This document shows positions 29,535 through 37,963 of a DNA stretch of 64,000 nucleotides, piece after piece. The DNA is from Candidatus Brocadia sp. (GTDB lineage: Bacteria; Planctomycetota; Brocadiia; Brocadiales; Brocadiaceae): assembly GCA_011525665.1 (NCBI GenBank), contig WYAU01000093.1, forward strand, positions 3,793-67,792. Direction: 5' to 3'. The notes under the pieces are model-generated. The model ran no database searches, was not told the origin of the DNA, and worked only from the letters and a program-made list of their open reading frames with translations. Positions within the stretch are counted from its first letter, which is position 1. Each line of letters begins with the position of its first letter. Both the position numbers and the translations under genes were made by a program.

Positions 29535-31277
29535 ATGCAACTGCAAGGAAAAACAAAAATAGATGGAAAGATTGAGGCACAGCGAAGACTTTTCGGGCAA
29601 GTATTGAAAGATAAGGGGTTTGTCACGGAAGAGCAGATCCAGGAAGCATTGGCCGTACAAAGACAAAAAGGTGGCTTGCTGGGAGATATCCTGGTCAGTC
29701 TTCATTATGTAACCCATAAACAGATCATGCAGGCATTAAGCGAGCATCTGGGGCTGGAAATTGTAAATATTGAAGATAGGGAAATACCGTCCGATATTAT
29801 TAACCTGGTGCCCCATGCCATCGCTCACCTGTATCGTATAATTCCCGTAGGCATTAAAGACAATGTTCTTACCGTTGCCCAGGAGGACCCATTAAGTTTT
29901 GAAACCATAGATGATTTAAGATTGATCCTGAGGTATTCGATAAAACCGGTTCTTTGCAATAAAGATGAGATCATTCGCGCCCTGGAAAAATACTATCCCA
30001 AAAAACACGAATCTGTGGAACAGTTATTGTCGGAATTTAAAAAAGACACATCTTATCCTGAAAGTATGAAAGGCGAGTATATTGACATTGAAGACCTTAA
30101 AAAGATGGCCGATGCGGCCCCCGTAAAGAAGTGGGTTGGTCTCATGTTTCTGGATGCCGTTTTTAACAAGGCCAGCGATATCCATTTTGAGGCATTTGAA
30201 GACGGATTCAGGGTCAGATATCGTATAGATGGCGTACTCTACGAAAAAATTTCTCCGCCAAAACAATTGGGGATACCGATTACCTCAAGAATCAAGGTCA
30301 TATCGGGTATGGATATTTCTGAACGCAAATTACCCCAAGATGGACGTATTCAGCTAAATGTCGCCGGTACGCCCATCGATATGCGGGTGTCCACACTCCC
30401 CACGAAATACGGGGAGAGCATTGTCATGCGCCTGTTGAATAAATCGGCTGTATCGCTTAATCTGGATACCTTAGGTTTTACTCCTGAAGAATTAAAATTG
30501 ATGTACCAGTTGTTGAATAAACCCAACGGAATAATCCTTGTCACAGGACCAACAGGATCGGGAAAAACAACCACTTTGTATGCGGCATTAAATTATTTGA
30601 ATGATACCGGAACAAAGATCATTACGACGGAAGATCCTGTGGAATATGACATTGATGGCCTTATTCAGGTCCAGATAAACCCGGCTATCGGCGTAGCCTT
30701 TGCAAATTGCTTGAGGGCAATTTTAAGGCAGGATCCAGACATTATTCTTGTGGGTGAAATACGGGATGAAGAATCAGCGCGAATCGCCATACAGGCATCG
30801 TTAACGGGGCATCTGGTTTTCAGTACATTGCATACCAACGACGCTCCTACGACGGTGACCCGTTTAATTGATATGGACATCAAACCTTATCTGATAGCTG
30901 CTTCAGTAGAGGCCGTTATTAGCCAGAGGTTGGTACGTAAGATTTGCGCATCCTGTAAGGAGGAATATGAACCTTCCGGTGAAGCCTTAATGAAACTCGA
31001 TCTTACAAAAGCAGACGTCGGGGGGAAAAAGTTTTTCAGGGGGAAGGGTTGTAATAATTGCAACAAGATAGGCTATAAGGGACGCACGGGGATATTTGAA
31101 ATAATGTTGATGAATAACGAAATCCGGCGGTTAATTACCGAAAACGCAAATACGAATTTAATCAGAATGACTGCGAAAAAAAATGGAATGAAAACCTTAA
31201 GGGACAGCGGATTAATGTCAATTTACAACGGATTGACAACAATTCAGGAAGTCGTAAGGGAAACGATGTTAGTGTAA
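29535..31277 (+). CDS. GspE/PilB-family type II/IV secretion ATPase (copy 2)
   Basis: 580 aa paralog with the same motif set (GPTGSGKTTT, ILVGEIRD, FSTLHTNDA, CASC...CNNC). Starts 5 nt after copy 1. Confidence 0.9.
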   Translation: MQLQGKTKIDGKIEAQRRLFGQVLKDKGFVTEEQIQEALAVQRQKGGLLGDILVSLHYVTHKQIMQALSEHLGLEIVNIEDREIPSDIINLVPHAIAHLYRIIPVGIKDNVLTVAQEDPLSFETIDDLRLILRYSIKPVLCNKDEIIRALEKYYPKKHESVEQLLSEFKKDTSYPESMKGEYIDIEDLKKMADAAPVKKWVGLMFLDAVFNKASDIHFEAFEDGFRVRYRIDGVLYEKISPPKQLGIPITSRIKVISGMDISERKLPQDGRIQLNVAGTPIDMRVSTLPTKYGESIVMRLLNKSAVSLNLDTLGFTPEELKLMYQLLNKPNGIILVTGPTGSGKTTTLYAALNYLNDTGTKIITTEDPVEYDIDGLIQVQINPAIGVAFANCLRAILRQDPDIILVGEIRDEESARIAIQASLTGHLVFSTLHTNDAPTTVTRLIDMDIKPYLIAASVEAVISQRLVRKICASCKEEYEPSGEALMKLDLTKADVGGKKFFRGKGCNNCNKIGYKGRTGIFEIMLMNNEIRRLITENANTNLIRMTAKKNGMKTLRDSGLMSIYNGLTTIQEVVRETMLV

Positions 31278-31444
31278 CTTCAGAGGTACAGAGTATAAAC
31301 TTATTTTTATAAAGTTTTTTACCCATGATCATTTTTATTCGTTTAAGTAAGCAGTTGATTGCTTACTGCCTGCTATATTTTTTGGTTACAGCTATGATGT
31401 GCTGCGAGATTACTGTGTGAAGAAAAATACAAAGGAGTTTACCG

Positions 31445-32701
31445 ATGGCCGTTTTTCAATACCTTGCCGTTGATAACAGGGGAAAAGGCGTAAAAGACCG
31501 GATTGAGGCACCCACCCCTGACGAAGCGATTGCGAAAATACGGGGCTTGGGATACTTTCCCACCAGCGTCAAGGAGCTACATGTTCGCCAAAAATCCGGC
31601 GAGGCATCCACTGCAGGCCTGTCTTCAAATAAGCGCGGTGAGTTATCTGTCTCTTTCGGGGGAGTGAAATCTAAAGAATTAACCCTCTTTACACGTCAAC
31701 TATCAACGCTTCAGGACGCAGGACTTCCCATCATACGCGGCCTAAAAATACTTGCATCACAGATGAAAAAGGGTTTGCTGAAAAAAACAACGGTGAAGAT
31801 CATAGAAGACATTGAGGGGGGAAATACCCTTTCCGGAGCGCTTGCAAAGCATCCGAGAGTCTTCGATAAACTCTACATCAATATTGTAAAAGCCGGGGAG
31901 GTGAGTGGTTCCCTCGATGTCATCTTGCAACGATTGGCAGATTTTCGGGAGAAGATAGAGCGGCTTGTCAGAAAAATAATCAGCGCCATGATATATCCCA
32001 CCGTCGTCGCAATTGTTGCGATAGGTATTCTCGTAGGGCTCATGGTTTTTATTATACCAAATTTTGCAAAGATATTTGACGAATTGAATCTGGATCTGCC
32101 CGCCCCCACCAAGATGCTTATTGCTTTTAGCATAATTTTGAAAACCCACTGGGTATTTATCCCCTCTGTGCCGTTTGGAGCACTTATTTTTTATAAGATT
32201 GCGGGGAAGATAAAAAAGGTACGGATAATAATAGACAAAACCAAATTTACATTGCCACTTTTTGGAACAATTATCAATAAATCCATTGTGTCGAGATTTA
32301 CCCGCACACTTGCAACGCTGACTTCCAGCGGTGTACCCATTTTGGATGCCCTCAATAACGTCAGGGAGACAACAGGAAATGCAGCCATGGCGCAGGCGAT
32401 ACAGCATATCCATGACAGCATCAGGAGCGGAGAAAGCATTACGAAGCCTCTGCGCGCCTCTAAAATTTGCAATGAAATGGTAGTCAATATGGTGGAGGTA
32501 GGAGAAGAAACCGGGGAACTGGATAAGATGCTCACAAAGGTAGCTGATAATTACGACGATGAAGTGGATCGGGCTGTGGAGGCAATGGTCAGTCTTATTG
32601 AACCTGTTATGATTGTATTTCTTGGGTGTTCAGTTGGTTTTATCGTAATTGCCATGTTTGTGCCCCTGATAAAATTAATGCAGGGCATAGGCGGTCAATA
32701 A
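31445..32701 (+). CDS. GspF/PilC-family inner-membrane platform protein
   Basis: 418 aa with duplicated T2SSF domains (LSTLQDAGLPI..., LATLTSSGVPILDAL), three TM segments and a GGAG SD upstream. Confidence 0.9.
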   Translation: MAVFQYLAVDNRGKGVKDRIEAPTPDEAIAKIRGLGYFPTSVKELHVRQKSGEASTAGLSSNKRGELSVSFGGVKSKELTLFTRQLSTLQDAGLPIIRGLKILASQMKKGLLKKTTVKIIEDIEGGNTLSGALAKHPRVFDKLYINIVKAGEVSGSLDVILQRLADFREKIERLVRKIISAMIYPTVVAIVAIGILVGLMVFIIPNFAKIFDELNLDLPAPTKMLIAFSIILKTHWVFIPSVPFGALIFYKIAGKIKKVRIIIDKTKFTLPLFGTIINKSIVSRFTRTLATLTSSGVPILDALNNVRETTGNAAMAQAIQHIHDSIRSGESITKPLRASKICNEMVVNMVEVGEETGELDKMLTKVADNYDDEVDRAVEAMVSLIEPVMIVFLGCSVGFIVIAMFVPLIKLMQGIGGQ

Positions 32702-32836
32702 CCTGTTTTACCCCTCTTTTCTTTTTACAAAAACAATTTAACACAGACCTTCGTGTAGCGCAAAGTCCGGTTCGCATTACGGCGGCATATATGTGGCATT
32801 GCATGTTCCGACTCGTTCGGAGTAGGATAGTGAAAG

Positions 32837-33289
32837 ATGCTTGATCAAAGGGGATTCTCCCTTATCGAACTGATAATAGCTGCGGCCTTAATTGCAGTCT
32901 CGGCAGGAATTGCCGTTTCTGTCTATGTCAGCATGAAACCGTCACTGTGTTTAAGCGGTGCAACAAGGCAGATAACGGGGGATATCATGTGGACAAGGAT
33001 GCAGGCGATCAGTCAGAATAATCAATTCAAGATATTTTTTCAGGCAGACAATCATCGCTATACCATTCTGGATGATGATAATAATAACGGCATCATTAAT
33101 GACGGTGAAAAAACGATAACAAAAGATATTCAGGATGCCTACATTGACGTAACTTTTAGCTCTATAAACGACCCCATTTTTCATCCGAGAGGAAATGCAT
33201 CGAATTTACCGATTCAAATAACCGTCAAAAATTCACACGGCACCAAAAGTGTATCAGTTTCTATAGCTGGCCGTGTAATGACAGAGTAG
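32837..33289 (+). CDS. Prepilin-type minor pseudopilin, GspH/FimT-like
   Basis: 150 aa. Class III signal QRG/FSLIELIIAAALIAV (Glu at +5), then a GspH-like body. Confidence 0.7.
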   Translation: MLDQRGFSLIELIIAAALIAVSAGIAVSVYVSMKPSLCLSGATRQITGDIMWTRMQAISQNNQFKIFFQADNHRYTILDDDNNNGIINDGEKTITKDIQDAYIDVTFSSINDPIFHPRGNASNLPIQITVKNSHGTKSVSVSIAGRVMTE

Positions 33290-33316
33290 CGTGGTGAATC
33301 CGATTCCGGAATAATT

Positions 33317-33691
33317 ATGCAAAGTACTTCGAACCGACACCAGGACAAAGGCTTCACGATGATTGAGGTTATGCTGGCAATTGCGATCATCGCCATAGGC
33401 TTATTTGCCGTAATGACTTTGACAACAATCGTGATCAAAGGTAATGCGCACAGCAAAGAAGTCACTGTTGCAACAACACTGGCACAGGACAAGATAGAAT
33501 ATTTTAAAGGAATAGATTACGACAATGTCTCAGGCACTGACACAGTCTATACCGATTATTATCTGAAGGCAATTGTGGAGGATAATACTCCGGGCGTGAA
33601 TACAAAGACCGTCACCGTCATCGTGTACTGGAATCCGGGAACCACAACATCAATCCACAAAGTCGAATTAAAAACTATCTTTGCAAAATAG
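33317..33691 (+). CDS. Prepilin-type minor pseudopilin, PilV/GspI-like
   Basis: 124 aa. DKG/FTMIEVMLAIAIIAIGLFAV prepilin signal. Small size typical of GspI/PilV. Confidence 0.65.
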   Translation: MQSTSNRHQDKGFTMIEVMLAIAIIAIGLFAVMTLTTIVIKGNAHSKEVTVATTLAQDKIEYFKGIDYDNVSGTDTVYTDYYLKAIVEDNTPGVNTKTVTVIVYWNPGTTTSIHKVELKTIFAK

Positions 33692-33701
33692 GGACGCAGC
33701 A

Positions 33702-34292
33702 ATGTCTTGCTTGCAAAAAAGCAATAAACATGGTTTTACTCTTGTTGAATTAACGATCGGTCTTGCAATCAGCCTGATCCTCCTGGGTGTAGCAGTCAGT
33801 ATGCTCAATCTTCAGCGTAAATCATATAGCTTTCAGGAACAGGCCGCAGAGATGCAACAAAATATCCGTGCCGCCACAGATATGATGGTAAGAGAAATCA
33901 GGATGGCCGGGTATGACCCCTCAGGTGCAGGTTTTACAGGAATTGGTACTCATACAACGGAATTGCTTCAAATATTGGCGGATCTTGATGGTAATGGAAC
34001 TACTACGGGTTTGTATGAAGATATAACGTATCATTATTATAATGCCGGTGAAACGACCTATCCACGCCAAATCCGAAGGACTACAGGAGGAGAATCCCAA
34101 TCGTTTGCTGAGAATATTGATGCGCTCACCTTTTCTTACTATGATGATAACGGTGTTGCTACGAGTACGGCATCCGGCATTCGTCAGATACAGATTACGA
34201 TAACCGGAAGGACCGCTAAAGCCAGCCCTGATTTCGGGTATAGTTACGGCACGCTGACTTCTCTTGTAACCCCGGTAAATCTCGGATACTAA
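33702..34292 (+). CDS. Prepilin-type minor pseudopilin, PilW/GspJ-like
   Basis: ATG at 33702 is preferred over the TTG at 33681. KHG/FTLVELTIGLAISLILLG prepilin signal. PilW-like REIRMAGYDP motif. Confidence 0.65.
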   Translation: MSCLQKSNKHGFTLVELTIGLAISLILLGVAVSMLNLQRKSYSFQEQAAEMQQNIRAATDMMVREIRMAGYDPSGAGFTGIGTHTTELLQILADLDGNGTTTGLYEDITYHYYNAGETTYPRQIRRTTGGESQSFAENIDALTFSYYDDNGVATSTASGIRQIQITITGRTAKASPDFGYSYGTLTSLVTPVNLGY

Positions 34293-34304
34293 ACGAAAAC
34301 ACAT

Positions 34305-35660
34305 ATGGGTACAAGACGTAAATCAAAAATATTAAGTATCGCATCACCATGCGCATCTGAAAGTGGGATAGTCTTTGTCGCCGTTCTGGCGCTTGTGGCT
34401 GTTTTGGCTCTGGTGGGAACAGTATCAGTTGTAACAACCAGCACCGACATTAAAATAAGCACCAATTACAAAACCAGCGTGCAGGCGCTGTATGCAGCGC
34501 AGGCGGGTATAGAAGAGGCGAGGGCACGGCTCAGTGGACATTCATCGGCTGCCACTTATGCAGGTGATCCGGCTCCAAATCCTGATGGAAGCTGGACGGC
34601 TTATATCCTGGTATCAAATACCTGGCAGGCCTCTGATGACCCACATTATAACGCACACTACAAAAACTATATTCCTACATATAACCCCGTCAATCATACA
34701 AATACTGTTATGGTAACAAATAGTCTTCAAGGATGCATTTCATACTGGGTTAAAATCAGACATAAAAGGGAATATGACGCCGAACAAGCTGGTCATAGCG
34801 CCACATCACTCCACTATTATGACAATGACGGAAGCACAGCAACTCATACGGCCGGAGAGCCAGGTAATATTGTCTATTATGGGTACGGGGATCCATTGTC
34901 ACCCATTACTGCAGTTCAATTTACTTCAGGCTCCCCGCCGCCAACATATAAACCTGTGGAAATAATAACGGCATACGGATATAGCGGGAATAGTATGAAC
35001 AAGATTGAAATTGAAGTGATTCATTATCCAGGGCCTCCCATAGTGGCACCTTTGTATTCAAAGGGTAATGTAAACATAAATGGAGCCGGACGTTTTTACG
35101 GAACCGATCCCTGTTTGGCACCATCCCTCCCGCCAATTTATACACAAAGTCCCTATACAGTAATTACCAGTGGTAGCAGTTATACATATGATGGGAATCC
35201 ACCATCGCCGCAAACAGGCCCAACGAATATTGATATTCTGGGATATATTAATGCAATGAAAGATGATGCCACAATAACTATAACCAGCGATCAAACCAAT
35301 GGCACTTATGGAAATTCAAACAATTATGTTATCTGTTACTCGGACACATCGAACCCTTACAATGTGGATGGGTTGAGATTAAATGGTGTGACGGGTTATG
35401 GAATTTTACTGGTAAACGGGGATTTAGATTTGGGTGGTGGTTTTACCTGGAATGGATTGATCCTGGCTACCGGCAATATTAAAATGAGCGGTGGAGGCGG
35501 TAATCCGGTAAATATCAATGGAGCAGTTCTCTCCGGTAATGACTCCATGACCGAAACAACATCGGGTGGCAGTGTAACCTTGCAGTACAATAGCTGTGAG
35601 ATAGAAAATGCTTTGATTAATCAACCCCTGAAAATAATCAAATGGAAAGAGATTTACTGA
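34305..35660 (+). CDS. Large PilX_N-type (GspK/PilX-like) pilus-associated protein
   Basis: 451 aa. N-terminal hydrophobic helix without a canonical G/F-x-x-x-E site, followed by TSTDIKISTNYKTSVQALYAAQAGIEEA, which matches the PilX N-terminal pattern. Gly/Asn-rich C-terminus (VNGDLDLGGGFTWNGLILATGNIKMSGGG). Confidence 0.6.
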   Translation: MGTRRKSKILSIASPCASESGIVFVAVLALVAVLALVGTVSVVTTSTDIKISTNYKTSVQALYAAQAGIEEARARLSGHSSAATYAGDPAPNPDGSWTAYILVSNTWQASDDPHYNAHYKNYIPTYNPVNHTNTVMVTNSLQGCISYWVKIRHKREYDAEQAGHSATSLHYYDNDGSTATHTAGEPGNIVYYGYGDPLSPITAVQFTSGSPPPTYKPVEIITAYGYSGNSMNKIEIEVIHYPGPPIVAPLYSKGNVNINGAGRFYGTDPCLAPSLPPIYTQSPYTVITSGSSYTYDGNPPSPQTGPTNIDILGYINAMKDDATITITSDQTNGTYGNSNNYVICYSDTSNPYNVDGLRLNGVTGYGILLVNGDLDLGGGFTWNGLILATGNIKMSGGGGNPVNINGAVLSGNDSMTETTSGGSVTLQYNSCEIENALINQPLKIIKWKEIY

Positions 35661-37327
35661 AAATAAGTATGATTTCTCACTGGCAACCAAAAATAGTAAG
35701 GATAGTGCCAACATATGGAGATGAAAAGGGAATAATCCTCATTGCTGTCCTCTCCTTAATAGCCATTTTATCGATTGCAGGAACTACGGCAGTTATCACT
35801 ACTACCACCGATATTAAAATCAGCAGCAATTATAAGACTGGTGTGCAGGCATTTTATACAGCAGAGGCAGGAATACAGGATGGAATTAATCGGTTATTAA
35901 ATGGTATAATAATTGACAATGCAAAGACGGATACAAACTGGAATAGCACATCGACGTATTCATCTGATGGTTTTACAAATAGCTTTACCCTTTCTCATGT
36001 GATAAATGGGGGGAACGTTGTAAATGATTCTAACGGCAACCCGCTTTATACAATTACCAGTACCGGAACAAGCTCTTCGTCAAAAAAAGTAGTGGAAACG
36101 GTATTTTCTTTAACATATGACGCTGTCTTTCATGATTCTTTACTTGGATGTGACGGGATTTACGCATCAAGCTCCATTGATACAGATAGTTATAACTCTG
36201 GTAACGGGACATATGAAAGTCAAACGCCGGAAAACTCCGGAAATATCAGGACGACCAATAGTGACGCAAATATTACTATGGCAAGCAGTTCAAACATCAA
36301 AGGCAACGCCAACTCCACGGGAAACATGACTATCAATAGTAGCGCCCACGTTAATGGAGACGCCAATGCAACCGGAAATCTTACGATGTATAGTAGCTCC
36401 AAAGTTTCTGGAAATGCCAACACAGCCGGAAGTCTTACTATGGTTAGCAGCGCAAGGATTTACGGAAATGCCCATGCAACCGGAAATATATCGATGAGTA
36501 GCAGTTCCCAGATTGATGGAAATGCAATCACAGTGGGGACCATCACCATGTCAAGCAGTTCCGGAATTCTCGGAAATGCAACCGCAGGTGGCACGGTAAG
36601 CATTAATAGCGGGTCTTCTGTTTCAGGAACCGTTACTCAAAATTACACGGGTTATTCTGGCTATCCCGGTGTGCCACCTGCAGATTGTGATCCAATAGAT
36701 ACCTCTGCATTTTTTAATGACAATGCAGTACCGATAGCATCCAGTAATGATAATGGGGAATTAAGCCCTTTGTATTATAATATTTTTACCAATTCCTTTT
36801 CCATTGGCGCCAGTAATAGTTATACACTAGGAGATGCCGGAGAAAGTAAGAAATATTATTTCAGTACTGTGAGTGTTACTTCAAGTTCTCAATTGACAAT
36901 AGCAGGAAATGTTACACTTTATGTAAACGGTAATTTCTCTTTTAGCAGCAGCTCTGATCTTGTACTTGCGAGTGGCGCAAAATTAACTGTTTACATTACA
37001 GGTGCAGTAAGTGTAGGTTCATCAGGTAAAATAAATGCTGCTAATGATAAAAAGCCAGGCCATTTCTTTCTCTGGTCTTCTGCCAATTCTGCTAACAATA
37101 GTGACTATAAGGTCACCCTGACTTCGAGTTCGGACGTATATGCAGCCATATATGCCCCACGAGCGGCAATCAGTATCACTTCGAGCGTGGGCCTCTACGG
37201 TGCCGTCAGGGGAAAATATATTAACATAACCTCAAGCGGAGATTTCCACTACGACGAAGCGCTGAAAAATATGGCCGTGGGAAATCCCACGGGTTATAAA
37301 ATAGTATCCTGGCGCGAAGTCAATTAG
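35642..37327 (+). CDS. Large PilX_N-type pilus-associated protein with central beta-helix repeat
   Basis: 561 aa. N-terminus paralogous to the previous gene (TTTDIKISSNYKTGVQAFYTAEAGIQDG), six 18-aa repeats, Ser-rich C-terminal part. Start may be the ATG at 35669. Confidence 0.6.
   Translation: MERDLLKISMISHWQPKIVRIVPTYGDEKGIILIAVLSLIAILSIAGTTAVITTTTDIKISSNYKTGVQAFYTAEAGIQDGINRLLNGIIIDNAKTDTNWNSTSTYSSDGFTNSFTLSHVINGGNVVNDSNGNPLYTITSTGTSSSSKKVVETVFSLTYDAVFHDSLLGCDGIYASSSIDTDSYNSGNGTYESQTPENSGNIRTTNSDANITMASSSNIKGNANSTGNMTINSSAHVNGDANATGNLTMYSSSKVSGNANTAGSLTMVSSARIYGNAHATGNISMSSSSQIDGNAITVGTITMSSSSGILGNATAGGTVSINSGSSVSGTVTQNYTGYSGYPGVPPADCDPIDTSAFFNDNAVPIASSNDNGELSPLYYNIFTNSFSIGASNSYTLGDAGESKKYYFSTVSVTSSSQLTIAGNVTLYVNGNFSFSSSSDLVLASGAKLTVYITGAVSVGSSGKINAANDKKPGHFFLWSSANSANNSDYKVTLTSSSDVYAAIYAPRAAISITSSVGLYGAVRGKYINITSSGDFHYDEALKNMAVGNPTGYKIVSWREVN
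36302..36625 (+). repeat. 6 x 54-nt tandem coding repeat (18-aa units GNAxxxGxLTMxSSxxIx)
   Basis: Units GNANSTGNMTINSSAHVN / GDANATGNLTMYSSSKVS / GNANTAGSLTMVSSARIY / GNAHATGNISMSSSSQID / GNAITVGTITMSSSSGIL / GNATAGGTVSINSGSSVS, with one degenerate unit upstream (from about 36248). Confidence 0.85.
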
Positions 37328-37349
37328 AGTATTTTTTAAAGGAGTTTTT

Positions 37350-37859
37350 GTGCTTATCTATTCAGGAAAAAAAATAAACATCAGAAAAGATGAAATTGTT
37401 CTCGATGACGGAAGCACGGTGATGAGGGAGGTCATTGAACACCCGGGTTCGGCCGCCATTATTCCTTTTATTTCAGAAGATGAGATCATTCTTATCCAAC
37501 AATACCGGCATGCAGTCAAGGAAACCCTCTACGAAATTCCCGCTGGCACCCTCGATAAGGGCGAATCGTTCGAAGCATGTGCGGGACGAGAATTGGAAGA
37601 GGAGACGGGCTATAGAGCCGGTACGCTCGAACCGCTCATAGTACTTTACCCCTCCCCCGGTATTCTGAGTGAGACTATGCATCTCTTTAAGGCAACCGAT
37701 CTTATTAAAACCCAAACAAATTATCAAATGGACGAATCAATCAAGGGCATTGTGCTCGTTAAGATGAGTGATGCACTGGAAATGGTTAAAAACGGTAAGA
37801 TTAAAGACGCTAAAACAGTTTGCAGTATTTTGATGTGCCGGAATGACCTGCAGGAATAA
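37350..37859 (+). CDS. NUDIX hydrolase (ADP-ribose pyrophosphatase-like)
   Basis: 169 aa with a GTG start. Nudix box GTLDKGESFEACAGRELEEETGY. Confidence 0.85.
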   Translation: MLIYSGKKINIRKDEIVLDDGSTVMREVIEHPGSAAIIPFISEDEIILIQQYRHAVKETLYEIPAGTLDKGESFEACAGRELEEETGYRAGTLEPLIVLYPSPGILSETMHLFKATDLIKTQTNYQMDESIKGIVLVKMSDALEMVKNGKIKDAKTVCSILMCRNDLQE

Positions 37860-37963
37860 CATGATGCAGACAATTTCAATGGAGATGCACGGCGCACCAG
37901 CGCTCGACGACTCCATGGCAAATAAAAAGCCTCCGCAGAGCTATTTAAATTATGAATAAATCA

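Noticed and set aside
29580-29760. MshEN-type c-di-GMP binding motif in the N-terminus of the second GspE/PilB ATPase (RRLFGQVLKDKGFVTEEQIQEALAVQ ... LLGDILVSLHYVTHKQIMQALSEH)
   Set aside because: The segment is the ordinary T2SSE_N fold. The first repeat is out of register by one residue at the critical R-L-G, and the second lacks both the Arg and the central Gly. The evidence for c-di-GMP binding is therefore weak, and the GGDEF gene is 15 kb away.
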